DNA from: an uncultured Candidatus Saccharibacteria bacterium
GTDB lineage: Bacteria > Patescibacteriota > Minisyncoccia > Phycocordibacterales > JABMNX01
Assembly: GCA_964575755.1 (NCBI GenBank)
Contig: CAZNRH010000002.1
Span: 6,107 to 70,106, forward strand
Length of the DNA stretch: 64,000 bases
Direction of reading: 5' to 3'
Below, piece after piece: positions 9,742-19,532 of this stretch (its first letter is position 1; each line of letters opens with the position of its first letter). A program made the position numbers and the translations under genes. The notes beneath the pieces are model-generated. The model made no database searches, was not told the origin of the DNA, and saw only the letters and a program-made list of their open reading frames with translations.

Positions 9742-10935
9742 CTACTTGTCGCTATAAAGATATTCCCTGTTATAAAACAGTGAATTTACTATAAGAAAAT
9801 TGTCTGGGACAACGTCTTTACCTAAAGTATACGTTCCATCCTTCTGGTTTTCTGTAAGTGAGTCTACATGAAACATTTCTTTTGTGACAGTGAACTGACT
9901 AAAATCAACCCTTTCTATCATTGAGCGAAACCAGTTTTTATAATTATTATCCACTACAAGAAAGACATCTCGTGGTAATGGGTTTATTTCAGATGAAAGT
10001 TCATCACAAGCTCTACCAAACATTTCAGTCCATTTCTTTTCTGCTTCAAAGAATTCTTCTTTTACTTCTAACTCGTTTCCTGAAGACATAATTTTTATAC
10101 GAGTGAGTATGTCTTCAGGAATACTTTTTGTTTTTTTTGCTACGTCACGCACTATTGTATTTTTACCATATGGGAAAGACAGCATATCCTCTAAAATAGA
10201 ATTGCGAACAACAGCAATCTCTGTTATTTCTCCTGTGACATCTATCAACATGAAATTTTTTGTTGTATTGAACAGGTCTCTGGTTACAGAAAATGCAACG
10301 AGCGTGAAGGATCTGAATACAAGCGGTATGTCTGGGTTAAAAGTGCTGTGCATAATTTCGCTCATCTTTGCATGTAGTGCATTTGAGACTGTACTTTCAA
10401 GAAAGGTTATATTTATACGAGTTACCTCTTTACCAAGTGGCGCTTCTGTTGGGTAGCCGTTTAGTAACGAATTAATAACTTTCTTTTCAATAGTCACTGT
10501 AGATTTTCTTGCTATTTTTTTATCACTCGCGTGAATTTTGGCAAGTAAATCGTCCATAATACGGTTCGTCACCTTAAACTTTTCCTTATTTTCAAAAGAC
10601 ACGTTTGTTGTTTGAGTATTGCTCCATAATGATGAAAGTACACAGACTATCTCTTTCACCGCGATAGATTTTCCATCTTTTGTAAGAAGTCCATTTTTCT
10701 GCAAATCACTTGCTACAGAAGTAAGCACTTCTTCTATTTGTGTCAATAGACGCTTTTCATCAGCAACTTCTTGAAACGGTAGTTGTGTTCTTGTTGAATA
10801 AGAGATATGAGGAACCTTTTTATCGAACGATACTACTGCTCCACCAATACTCGCGCTTTCAATATCAAAAATAATAACAGAATTTTTTGATTCCTTGTTT
10901 CTTAAAAAACTATTCAAATTTCCAAAAAGCTTCAT
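9742..10935 (-). CDS. FtsA/PilM-like actin-fold protein
   Basis: IIFDIESASIG (phosphate-1-like), LNGY, LIDVTGEITEIAVV..SFPYG (phosphate-2-like). Confidence 0.6.
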   Translation of the reverse strand: MKLFGNLNSFLRNKESKNSVIIFDIESASIGGAVVSFDKKVPHISYSTRTQLPFQEVADEKRLLTQIEEVLTSVASDLQKNGLLTKDGKSIAVKEIVCVLSSLWSNTQTTNVSFENKEKFKVTNRIMDDLLAKIHASDKKIARKSTVTIEKKVINSLLNGYPTEAPLGKEVTRINITFLESTVSNALHAKMSEIMHSTFNPDIPLVFRSFTLVAFSVTRDLFNTTKNFMLIDVTGEITEIAVVRNSILEDMLSFPYGKNTIVRDVAKKTKSIPEDILTRIKIMSSGNELEVKEEFFEAEKKWTEMFGRACDELSSEINPLPRDVFLVVDNNYKNWFRSMIERVDFSQFTVTKEMFHVDSLTENQKDGTYTLGKDVVPDNFLIVNSLFYNREYLYSDK

Positions 10936-10997
10936 TGGTAAATATTATAACAGTAATTAAAGTTTAATTTTCTTTCCTTTTGTAAAAACAAATTCTT

Positions 10998-11023
10998 TTT
11001 TACTCCAGTATACTGGAGTAAAA
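10998..11023. repeat. Perfect 26-bp palindrome, likely terminator or REP-like; core shared with 23735-23775
   Basis: ttttactccagtatactggagtaaaa directly after alaS. Confidence 0.7.
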
Positions 11024-11038
11024 CCTAACACCTGTAAG

Positions 11039-12895
11039 CTACGTAAGTGTTGCCCGTATCCTCCTTACTCCAGCCGATATAGATTTCTCTTTCATAATTT
11101 TAAAATGACCAAGTTGGTTTGTATTAGTCACATGAGGACCACCACAGAACTCCATATTGAAGTCCCCTATCTTGTAAACTTTCACCACGTCGCCATATTT
11201 CCCCCCGAATACTCCAATAGCTCCAAGCTTTTTTGCCTCCTCAAGAGGAAGTTCTTCGTTGGTCACAGTTAGAGTTGCTTGTATTTGTTCGTTTACAATA
11301 TCCTCTACTTTTTGTTTTTCTTCGTCTGTCATTTTTCTCTCAAATGAAAAGTCGAAACGCATACGCTCTGGAGTAATATTGCTTCCCTTCTGTGTAATAC
11401 CACTACCTAGAACATTTATAAGAGCTTGATTAAGAAGGTGTGTTGCTGTGTGATACTTAATACTCATCTCTCCATGATCCACGAGGCCACCTTTAAACTT
11501 TTGTTCTGAGCCAGAGCGAGAAAGTTCTTGGTGATTTTTCATTTCCTCTTTAAATCCTTTTTCATCTACTTTTATTCCTTTTTCCTCAGCAAGCTCTTCT
11601 GTTAACTCATATGGAAAACCATATGTCGTAAATAAAATAAAAGCATCATGACCAGAAATATCAGTACCACTTAACTTCTTAAACTCTTTCATTCCTTTTT
11701 CAAGAGTCTTTCTAAATTGACCTTCTTCGTTAGCAATAATCTCACATGGTTCATTGATTAGTTTAGGCTCTGTGAAATAATTAGCATAACCGTCTAAATA
11801 TTGACATTCAATATTAGAAGCCAAGCTAGATATTTTATTTATTCCTAAAGAATCCGCATATCTTATGGCACGGCGAAGTAATCTTCGTAACACATATCCT
11901 TGATCTGTGTTTGACGGAGTTACTCCGTCAGCTATCAAGAATGTTGCAGATCTTAAATGGTCTGCCAAAATACGTAAAGCAACCTTTTTATCTTCGTTAG
12001 TGTATGAAACAAAATGCTCATCTTCAATTCTATCAAACAAACACTTAAACACATCAATATTAAACATGTCGGAATCGTCATTAGAGGCTGCTGTTATTCG
12101 CTCTAGTCCGCCGCCAAAATCGACATTCTTTTGTGGGAGTTGCTCAAAGCTCCCGTCTTCTTTCTTTAAGTATTCCATAAAGACATTATTCCCTATTTCC
12201 ATGAATCGTCCACAGTCACAGTTTGGGTGGCAGTGTTCGCCATAGCTTTTATTATGCTCAGTTCCAAAATCGTAAAATATCTCTGAGTCAGGACCACCTG
12301 GTTCTCCTACGGGCATATTATCAGGGACGCCAGAGCGACTCCACCAGTTTTTCTTTGAGTCGTAGTAAAAAATACGCTCACCACCTTTCATGCCTTTTTT
12401 ATATCCATCCTCTTCAGAACCTATTTCTACATCAGTTGTATCAATACCCTTTTCTTTAAAAAGACGCTTCCAGATTTCTACTGATTCAGTATCTTTAGGT
12501 ATACCAAGATCCTTATCCCCTATAAAAGTAGTGACATAAAGCTTGTTTGGATCTAGTTTTATTTCTTTAGTCAGAAATTCAAAAACCCAAGAAAGTTGCT
12601 CTTCTTTAAAATAGTCTCCTAAAGACCAATTACCAAGCATCTCGAAAAAAGTGGTATGACGATTATCCCCGACTTCTTCTATGTCTTCAGCTCGAAAACA
12701 TTTCTGTGAGTCTACAAGACGCGTTCCTGTAGGATGCTTTTCTCCAAGTAAGTATGGAAGTAGCGGTTGCATACCAGAGCCAACAAAAAGTGTGGTAGGG
12801 TCATTCTCTGGGCGCAGAGAAGCAGATGGGATTATTGCATGCCCTCTTTCTTTAAAAAACTTAAAATATTTTTCTCTAACTTCAGAAGTATTCAT
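11039..12895 (-). CDS. alaS: Alanine--tRNA ligase (lacks C-Ala domain)
   Basis: HTTFFEMLGNWSLGDYFKEE, DFGGGLERI, editing motifs HTATH and CGGPH, SAGVRRI; 618 aa. Confidence 0.98.
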   Translation of the reverse strand: MNTSEVREKYFKFFKERGHAIIPSASLRPENDPTTLFVGSGMQPLLPYLLGEKHPTGTRLVDSQKCFRAEDIEEVGDNRHTTFFEMLGNWSLGDYFKEEQLSWVFEFLTKEIKLDPNKLYVTTFIGDKDLGIPKDTESVEIWKRLFKEKGIDTTDVEIGSEEDGYKKGMKGGERIFYYDSKKNWWSRSGVPDNMPVGEPGGPDSEIFYDFGTEHNKSYGEHCHPNCDCGRFMEIGNNVFMEYLKKEDGSFEQLPQKNVDFGGGLERITAASNDDSDMFNIDVFKCLFDRIEDEHFVSYTNEDKKVALRILADHLRSATFLIADGVTPSNTDQGYVLRRLLRRAIRYADSLGINKISSLASNIECQYLDGYANYFTEPKLINEPCEIIANEEGQFRKTLEKGMKEFKKLSGTDISGHDAFILFTTYGFPYELTEELAEEKGIKVDEKGFKEEMKNHQELSRSGSEQKFKGGLVDHGEMSIKYHTATHLLNQALINVLGSGITQKGSNITPERMRFDFSFERKMTDEEKQKVEDIVNEQIQATLTVTNEELPLEEAKKLGAIGVFGGKYGDVVKVYKIGDFNMEFCGGPHVTNTNQLGHFKIMKEKSISAGVRRIRATLT

Positions 12896-13097
12896 AGAAC
12901 CTTATCTCTAGCAAATATCCAGTAACCATAAAGATAATTCCAAGAATTGCAAGATATTTTTCAAAGCGCATCTCACTTAACACAGCATCGTCTATTTTAT
13001 GCCCCGTAACAATCTTAGAATGAACCTTGATTACAGTGATACCGAGAATAACCTTCCCTATCACCCCAGATGTAATTCCCCAAAAAAGTAAATCCAT
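12882..13097 (-). CDS. Small two-TM membrane protein
   Basis: Two hydrophobic helices; TATACT about 10 nt upstream of ATG; overlaps alaS start. Confidence 0.7.
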   Translation of the reverse strand: MDLLFWGITSGVIGKVILGITVIKVHSKIVTGHKIDDAVLSEMRFEKYLAILGIIFMVTGYLLEIRFYEYF

Positions 13098-13147
13098 AAT
13101 ACGTATTAGTATACCCGTGTACAGTCATTTATGCTATTATTTTGTTT

Positions 13148-14410
13148 ATGAAATTACACTCAAAAATATTAAAAAATGGACTCACTATTCAGATAATAGA
13201 AATGCCTGGCACTAACGTAGTTACTTCTATGATTCTGGTAGGCGCTGGCTCTAGAAATGAGGATAAAAAAATAAGTGGAATTGCTCATTTTCTGGAACAT
13301 ATGTTTTTCAAAGGAGGTGAGAAGTATAAAACTCCTAAAGAAGTATCTTCTACTATAGATAGTCTAGGAGCTGAGTTTAATGCTTTTACGTCTCAAGAAG
13401 TTGTTGGGTACTACGTCAAATCGGCAAAGCAACATGTTAATACTTCTCTAGATGTACTTAGCGATATGTTAACAAAGGCGCAATTTCCAAAAGAAGAAAT
13501 AGAAAAAGAGCGTGGAGTTATACTTGAAGAAATAGCTATGTATTTAGACTTACCTATGAGGCAAATAGGCTCCGATTTCACTTCGGTATTGTTTGGAGAT
13601 CAATCGCTTGGCTGGGAGATATTAGGTTCTCCTGATGTGATAAAATCGGTCACACAGAAAGATTTCTTTGATTATAAAGATGCACTGTACGTTCCTGAAA
13701 ATATTGTAATTACTTTAGCTGGTTCGGTGACAGAAAAAGACATCGATCGTGTAGAGAAATACTTTACATTTAAAGATGGTAAAAAGACGTATAAACAAAT
13801 ACCTTTTGATTCACAAATACCAGAAAAAAAATTTAATATTAGAGAGAAATCAACTGAACAGTATCATATTAGTCTCGGAGTGCTTGGATTGTCTGAAGAC
13901 GACAAAAGATATCCTATTCAAGAACTACTTTCTACAATTCTAGGAGGAAATATGTCATCTCGTATGTTTCAAAACGTACGCGAAGAGAAAGGTTTATGTT
14001 ACTCAATTCGTACATCTTCAACAGGTTTTTTTGATATAGGAAGATTTACAACAAGAGCAGGAGTAAAGCTAAATAAAGTCTTAGATGCAGTTAATGCAAT
14101 AAGAACAGAATACGATTTAATTGCTAAAGATGGAATAGGTGATGAAGAATTATCAAAAGCAAAATCTTTTCTTGGTGGGAGGATAGACTTAGGCACAGAG
14201 GACACAGAAGAAGTTGCTTTTTATTATGGAGAAAATACTCTTATGCACGGAACTCAAGAATCTCATGAAATAAAAAAACAAAAAATAGATAAAATAACAA
14301 AGGAAGAAGTTAACGCTCTAGCAAAAGAATTATTGCAACCAGAAAGATACCGTTTTGCTGGTATTGGACCAAAGATGGATGAAGAAAAACTCCTTAAACT
14401 AATTTCTTAG
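13148..14410 (+). CDS. M16 (pitrilysin/insulinase) family zinc peptidase
   Basis: GIAHFLEHMFFKG (HxxEH), NAFTS, SSRMFQNVREEKGLCY. Confidence 0.95.
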   Translation: MKLHSKILKNGLTIQIIEMPGTNVVTSMILVGAGSRNEDKKISGIAHFLEHMFFKGGEKYKTPKEVSSTIDSLGAEFNAFTSQEVVGYYVKSAKQHVNTSLDVLSDMLTKAQFPKEEIEKERGVILEEIAMYLDLPMRQIGSDFTSVLFGDQSLGWEILGSPDVIKSVTQKDFFDYKDALYVPENIVITLAGSVTEKDIDRVEKYFTFKDGKKTYKQIPFDSQIPEKKFNIREKSTEQYHISLGVLGLSEDDKRYPIQELLSTILGGNMSSRMFQNVREEKGLCYSIRTSSTGFFDIGRFTTRAGVKLNKVLDAVNAIRTEYDLIAKDGIGDEELSKAKSFLGGRIDLGTEDTEEVAFYYGENTLMHGTQESHEIKKQKIDKITKEEVNALAKELLQPERYRFAGIGPKMDEEKLLKLIS

Positions 14411-14416
14411 TAAAAT

Positions 14417-14839
14417 CTATTTAAGAGTTATAAGTATTGCACCGCCTGTCATAAGGAGTGCTCCGAGTATTACCTTAATACCAAATCCTTCACCTAGGAA
14501 AACTGCTGCGAGTAATACTACAAACACAACACTTAACCTATCAATAGCTACCACTTGGGATGCAAAATCTAACTTAAGAGCGTAAAAATAAAATAGCCAA
14601 GATAGCGCTCCAGCTATACCAGCAAGAGCAATCAGAAGCCACTCTTTAGAACCCAAGCTTGTTATAGAGAATCCATCAAACTTATTAAGGAAAAAACTCA
14701 CTATAAGCAAGAAACCAGCCATTATAAGGGCACGTATTGTTGTTGCTAAAGTAGAATCTAGTTCCTCAAGTCCTAGTTTTGCAAAGATAGCTACGAGGGC
14801 TGCCATTATTGCTGAAAGGAATGCATATATTAACCACAT
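14417..14839 (-). CDS. EamA/DMT family transporter (start moved to ATG 14839)
   Basis: MWLIYAFLSAIMAALVAIFAKLG, LSWLFYFYALK, IDRLSVVFV; the track's N-terminal extension comes from a repeat element. Confidence 0.9.
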   Translation of the reverse strand: MWLIYAFLSAIMAALVAIFAKLGLEELDSTLATTIRALIMAGFLLIVSFFLNKFDGFSITSLGSKEWLLIALAGIAGALSWLFYFYALKLDFASQVVAIDRLSVVFVVLLAAVFLGEGFGIKVILGALLMTGGAILITLK

Positions 14840-14848
14840 AATATTAGT

Positions 14849-14964
14849 ATGTACACCCTCGACGCGTCTCTTCGTTGCTTCGAAAAAAATATCATTCGCC
14901 ATAAGTATAATATGGCTTTTTCTATTTTTCACTTACGCCTCGAACTGCATTCAAGTGAGTACAT
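14849..14964 (-). repeat. Dispersed ~120-bp repeat family 2, copy A
   Basis: Imperfect terminal IR; reverse complement aligns with 18000-18125 (CACTTGRATGCRGTTCGAGGCGYAAG ... GATATTTTT ... AACGAAGARAYGCG). Confidence 0.75.
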
Positions 14965-14965
14965 T

Positions 14966-15547
14966 CTAAGTATACACTTTCTCTAAAAAAGTTTTGTATG
15001 TAAGGAATACCTCTTGTAGATGTCTAGATAACTCATGATCTTCCCCTAGGCGTTTTACAATAGCTTCTACTACCCCACCATAGAAATGTATTCTGTCTTC
15101 TGACTTAAAATCTTTTTTAAATTCTTCTGTGCTGTTTTTATAACCGTTTATTATCGAGCTGAAATTATGTATCTTATCTGCAGCAGAGACATAAAGAGAT
15201 TCTTCTGGACCAATTTCAAGTCCTTGTATATATTCCCTCTTTCTATCCGCCCAATCTAGTTTCTCACCATCTTTAGTTTTTTGCTCTGTTACTCCTAGGA
15301 CGATCTCTTTTACTCGTGAACCAAAATCTCTTTCAAGCTCATCTTCGGTATAATCAGTATCTTCAAGAGTGTCATGAAGTAATCCTGCTATAAGCACGTC
15401 TTCGTCTTTTGTATATTCAATTAAAATAATAAATACGGAAAATAAATGTGTTACGTACGGCAATCTTTCAAAGCCTTTTCGTGTTTGCTTTTTGTGTAGC
15501 ATAGACGCTTTACGTATAGCTTTTTCTATCTTGGGTGTGTAGATCAT
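14966..15547 (-). CDS. HD-domain hydrolase, stand-alone (p)ppGpp-hydrolase-like (Mesh1/SAH)
   Basis: HKKQTRK..PYVTH, AGLLHDTLEDT, ADKIHN. Confidence 0.85.
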   Translation of the reverse strand: MIYTPKIEKAIRKASMLHKKQTRKGFERLPYVTHLFSVFIILIEYTKDEDVLIAGLLHDTLEDTDYTEDELERDFGSRVKEIVLGVTEQKTKDGEKLDWADRKREYIQGLEIGPEESLYVSAADKIHNFSSIINGYKNSTEEFKKDFKSEDRIHFYGGVVEAIVKRLGEDHELSRHLQEVFLTYKTFLEKVYT

Positions 15548-15610
15548 ATATTTTTTATAATTACTATTGCATGATAGCAGATTACATTTTCTGTTGCTAC
15601 ACTGTATTTA

Positions 15611-16288
15611 ATGCCAGATTCACACGATATTCATTTGCCAATAGAGTGGAAAAATCTTTTACATGAAGAGTTTAATAAGATATATTTCAAAAGTCTCGCA
15701 CTTAAAGTACGAAGTGAATACACTTCTCAAATAATTTTTCCACCACCAAAACAAATCTTTCGAGCGTTTGAATTATGTTCCCTTGAAGACCTTCGCGTTG
15801 TAATTTTAGGACAAGATCCATACCATACACCTGGAGTTGCTGATGGGCTTGCATTTTCAACGACTTCCCAAAAGAAAATACCACCATCTCTTCAAAATAT
15901 ATTTAAAGAATTAGAGTTAGAATATGGAGAAATTAATATAGACCCAGATCTTACAAGGTGGGCTCAACAAGGGGTCTTACTACTAAACGCTTCTCTTTCA
16001 GTGCGTAGTGGTGAAGCTAACTCACATGCCAGCCATGGTTGGCATACGTTCACTGACGCTGTAATATCAACTATTTCAAAACATAACACACATATAGTAT
16101 TTATGTTGTGGGGGGCTTTCGCTCAAAAAAAATCAGAGCTTATAGATGAAACCAAGCATCTTATTCTTACATCAGTACACCCTTCCCCGCTCTCAGCTCA
16201 TCGAGGGTTCTTTGGTAACAATCACTTTAAAAAAGCTAACGAGTACTTGAATGAAAATAGGCGCAAAGAAATAGACTGGTGCTCCTAA
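15611..16288 (+). CDS. ung: Uracil-DNA glycosylase family 1
   Basis: GQDPYH, GVLLLN, HPSPLS. Confidence 0.98.
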   Translation: MPDSHDIHLPIEWKNLLHEEFNKIYFKSLALKVRSEYTSQIIFPPPKQIFRAFELCSLEDLRVVILGQDPYHTPGVADGLAFSTTSQKKIPPSLQNIFKELELEYGEINIDPDLTRWAQQGVLLLNASLSVRSGEANSHASHGWHTFTDAVISTISKHNTHIVFMLWGAFAQKKSELIDETKHLILTSVHPSPLSAHRGFFGNNHFKKANEYLNENRRKEIDWCS

Positions 16289-16530
16289 ATAACACCTTCT
16301 TTTTTTAACTTTTTATACTTTAATTGAGTACCTCTGTTGTATTCTCCAAGTGTGCCATCTGACTTTATTACTCTATGACATGGTACAGAGCTATCATGAT
16401 TTCCTTTCATAATACTACCAACTATGCGGTATGCATGTGGCGAACCCGCCTTTTCTGCCACTTCTTTATACGAAAGAGTCTTCCCTCTTGGTATGTTTTT
16501 CACTACTTCTAATACTTTTTCTTTAAACAT
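16285..16530 (-). CDS. MGMT-family methylated-DNA--protein-cysteine methyltransferase (C-terminal domain only)
   Basis: IPRGKTLSY; active-site PCHRV keeps Cys. Confidence 0.9.
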   Translation of the reverse strand: MFKEKVLEVVKNIPRGKTLSYKEVAEKAGSPHAYRIVGSIMKGNHDSSVPCHRVIKSDGTLGEYNRGTQLKYKKLKKEGVI

Positions 16531-16536
16531 GAGTGA

Positions 16537-17376
16537 TTAAAATAATGTGTCTGTCTTAACTTCTTCTTTTGATTCTCCTACTTTTTCTTTTTTAAGCTTC
16601 TCAGGTTTCTTAATTTTAGACGCATGTATTGCTTGTAATTTTTTGCCAGAAACTTCTCTGTATGGGCAGTATTCACAGTCGTCTCCTACTTTAGGGATTG
16701 AGCCTGACTTTAAACACCCTTTAATGTTCTGTAAGACTGATTCGATCCAAGTATCTTTCCCTAGATATGGTAGTACTTTTATATCAAATTCTAGTTTATT
16801 ATCAAAAGCGCCAACGTCCGTCTTAGCGTTCACGTAGACAAAATACCCTGTGTCAGAGACCTTGAATCCATTTTGTCGAAAGAGCCACTGATATATTTCC
16901 ATTTGCCGCTTATATCCATCTTGCCAGTCTGCGTCTAAACTCACTTCACCATCTTTACTTGTTGCTTTGTAGTCGACAATAATAAGCTCTCCATTTGTAG
17001 TGACCCATATATCATCTATTGCGCCTGAAACAACAAGTCCTGTTTCTTTATGTAGACAATCGATACCTTCAAAGTTTTCCCGCCATTTGTCAATATCTTT
17101 ATGCTGATATGGCACAGCGTCAACACCAAACTCGGTCATTATTGGATGCGGAGTCTTGTTTGCGCGATGAATATCGAACTCTTTCTTTAAAAGTGTATCG
17201 ACAGCAATGTTGAGGTTGAGTGGGTATCCAGGAGGGCGTTTGGTCCCAAGCTTGTTGTCTAGGTAGAAACATCGAGGACACGACATGAATAATTCTATTT
17301 TAGAGCGAGAAAGGCGCCATTTTTTGCCACCATAATTCCATTCTGCTCTCCTGTTTGGATTGTAGTAACCTGCCAT
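16537..17376 (-). CDS. PD-(D/E)XK nuclease, RecB/Cas4-like
   Basis: SRSKI..CPRCFY, GAIDD, IVDYKA, QMEIY, CEYCPY. Confidence 0.85.
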   Translation of the reverse strand: MAGYYNPNRRAEWNYGGKKWRLSRSKIELFMSCPRCFYLDNKLGTKRPPGYPLNLNIAVDTLLKKEFDIHRANKTPHPIMTEFGVDAVPYQHKDIDKWRENFEGIDCLHKETGLVVSGAIDDIWVTTNGELIIVDYKATSKDGEVSLDADWQDGYKRQMEIYQWLFRQNGFKVSDTGYFVYVNAKTDVGAFDNKLEFDIKVLPYLGKDTWIESVLQNIKGCLKSGSIPKVGDDCEYCPYREVSGKKLQAIHASKIKKPEKLKKEKVGESKEEVKTDTLF

Positions 17377-17402
17377 ATGGAATATTGTAACATAGCTAAT
17401 AA

Positions 17403-17434
17403 AATAAATGCCCCAAGCATATGGGGCATTTATT
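17403..17434. terminator. Hairpin, member of the AATGCCCCA..TGGGGCATT palindrome family
   Basis: aataaatgcccca-agcata-tggggcatttatt. Confidence 0.7.
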
Positions 17435-17466
17435 CTTAGTTAACTGAATTGTCTGGGACTCGATCC

Positions 17467-17976
17467 TTATTTAATGGGCTCTCCAGATTGTTTATCTTTC
17501 ACAACTTTGACACGACTTCTTTTATCAAAAAATGCATCAAGCTTAGTCTCAACAAACCACAGTACAGTAAACACAAGTAGTGTAAGAATTGTTGTAAATA
17601 TTGCTATTGCGTACAGGCTATACCCTACTGCAACTCCTATTCCTGCTGACACCCAGAGTCCTGCAGCAGTTGTTAAACCTTGGAGTGAGTTTTCTTTAAA
17701 GATTATAATACCAGCTCCCAGAAAACCTATACCTGTAATAATCCCCGCAACAACACGCATGGGGTCAAATGAAACCAGTCCAATATATCCAGACGTTACT
17801 TGAATTGAGACTATGGAGAATAAGCATGCACCAAGTGCAACAAGTGCGTATGTGCGTGTTCCTGCTCTTTTGTCAGCGACAACAGAGCGTTCCGTCCCTA
17901 GGATCATACCAAGAAAAACAGCTAAAAGAAGCTGTAAGAATATTACAAATGTTGAATTAAAGAAAATTGGTTCCAT
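17467..17976 (-). CDS. MgtC/SapB family membrane protein
   Basis: AGTRTYALVALG, DPMRVVAGIITGIGFLGAG, GLTTAAGLW. Confidence 0.93.
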   Translation of the reverse strand: MEPIFFNSTFVIFLQLLLAVFLGMILGTERSVVADKRAGTRTYALVALGACLFSIVSIQVTSGYIGLVSFDPMRVVAGIITGIGFLGAGIIIFKENSLQGLTTAAGLWVSAGIGVAVGYSLYAIAIFTTILTLLVFTVLWFVETKLDAFFDKRSRVKVVKDKQSGEPIK

Positions 17977-17999
17977 ATAATTTAATATATTTTAATGAT

Positions 18000-18125
18000 T
18001 AGAACTTACACACTTGGATGCGGTTCGAGGCGCAAGGCAAAAATTAAGTGAAGTGTGTCTGTGCCATACAGTGAACGATATTTTTGACGATATAACGAAG
18101 AAATGCGCCAAGTGCGTAAGTTTTA
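18000..18125 (+). repeat. Dispersed ~120-bp repeat family 2, copy B
   Basis: Terminal IR tagaacttacacacttgg / ccaagtgcgtaagtttta; homologous to 14849-14964 in opposite orientation. Confidence 0.75.
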
Positions 18126-18127
18126 AA

Positions 18128-18679
18128 TTACTCTACTATAAATGTAGTCAGGATGGGCTGGTTGCCATTTTGTAAGAACGGGAAGTCTGTTTCAAGACTA
18201 AACACTTTATCTCCGTTATCCCGATATAATATAGCTCTATAAGTTATACCAACTTCGGTTGTTCTTAACAATTCTACGTTTCCACTATGTTCTCCTTTGT
18301 CGAATCGTGCTGCACCAAGAGCATTACCTATATGACTTGCTGTTCCCTCATGGATTACAAGCCATCCATCTTCTTCAAATACAGCTTTTTCTACTACAAC
18401 AGACATACCTGCGAGTTGGTTGCGGACTATAATTGCGTCATTGCGTAGCTGTGCTTCCACTGTATTAAGTTCTTGAACAGATGTAGTTAAGTCTTTTTTA
18501 TCTATTTCGCTAACAACTACTTCCACTTGTTCTTTATCTGAAAGAGCATCTTGGGTTGCTGTCCACATCCATACAAAAAAAGCTCCAACAACTACCCCAA
18601 TTAAAAACACTCCAAAAAGTTTTATATTAAAATTTCGTGATTCAGTATTCATATGTGTATATTTACTAATATGCTCCAT
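18128..18679 (-). CDS. Membrane-anchored hypothetical protein
   Basis: N-terminal TM; extracellular domain with GWLVIHE..LGAAR..LYRDNGD. Confidence 0.7.
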   Translation of the reverse strand: MEHISKYTHMNTESRNFNIKLFGVFLIGVVVGAFFVWMWTATQDALSDKEQVEVVVSEIDKKDLTTSVQELNTVEAQLRNDAIIVRNQLAGMSVVVEKAVFEEDGWLVIHEGTASHIGNALGAARFDKGEHSGNVELLRTTEVGITYRAILYRDNGDKVFSLETDFPFLQNGNQPILTTFIVE

Positions 18680-18680
18680 T

Positions 18681-19511
18681 CTACACTCCAGCCCCTGGTT
18701 GACACAAGTCCCCTATTTCATTAAGAATTTCAGGAATTAATCTCGATTCAACCCCATGTGTCTCCAAAAGGCTGTTATTATCTTTTATATCTCGACACAA
18801 TAATACTTTATTTTCGATAAGTCTCTTCCTTTCTTTTGAAGGTATTTTAGTAAGACATGTGATGGGGTGAAGTCCTGTTTCTTCTATAAGTGAAAATAGG
18901 TTTCCTTTTAGGGGGTATTCCCAACTTATCATCTTTAAGCCGGCACATTTACCATATGACACTGCATTTTTTGTAAATTTTGTGTTTGTGATAAGGATAC
19001 CTTCGTCTACTGCACCAGATTTAATAAGGTCATCAAAACGTGCGTATACGTAAAGCGCCACCTTCAAATCTGATTTTATACCTTGACTGTTATGAAATTT
19101 TATTTCTGCGCCATATATCTTTTTATCCTTCTTTGCAAACAAGTCGACTTCGTGCACTGCGCACTTCCCTTTTAACATAACTCCAGTTGAAGATTCAAAC
19201 CCTTTTGCGCGATAAATCTCTGCAATAAAGTCTTCAAGTGGGAATCCGCTTGGTCCAAGATCAAAAACAGCTTTTTTAAGAGAGTATTTTGCCGCAGTCA
19301 CTCCTGTGTCTTTATCACGAAGTAGCTCAAAAGCATTTCTATAGATTTCCTTTGTGGTCATGCCATCAACAAGTCTAGAAGTTATACCTGCTAACACTTC
19401 TTTTATTATGGATTTCGACGCACCAGAACGCTCTAGAGAGCGTTCTAGCTTTGACGCTTCAAACGGCTCCGTACTTCCATCTGCTTTTTTAATTAAAATC
19501 TCTTTAGTCAT
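18681..19511 (-). CDS. ATP-cone domain fused to a restriction-endonuclease-like domain
   Basis: IKKADGSTEPFEASKL (ATP cone); HEVDL..EIKFH (PD-D/ExK-like); LITNTKFT. Confidence 0.85.
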   Translation of the reverse strand: MTKEILIKKADGSTEPFEASKLERSLERSGASKSIIKEVLAGITSRLVDGMTTKEIYRNAFELLRDKDTGVTAAKYSLKKAVFDLGPSGFPLEDFIAEIYRAKGFESSTGVMLKGKCAVHEVDLFAKKDKKIYGAEIKFHNSQGIKSDLKVALYVYARFDDLIKSGAVDEGILITNTKFTKNAVSYGKCAGLKMISWEYPLKGNLFSLIEETGLHPITCLTKIPSKERKRLIENKVLLCRDIKDNNSLLETHGVESRLIPEILNEIGDLCQPGAGV

Positions 19512-19532
19512 AGAAATAGTCTACCAGATTAA

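Noticed and set aside
16537-17376. Cas4-like nuclease as evidence of CRISPR-Cas
   Set aside because: No other cas genes and no repeat-spacer array anywhere in the window.
18681-19511. ATP-cone nuclease as a new defence system
   Set aside because: A recognisable fusion standing alone among housekeeping genes, with no methylase or defence partners.
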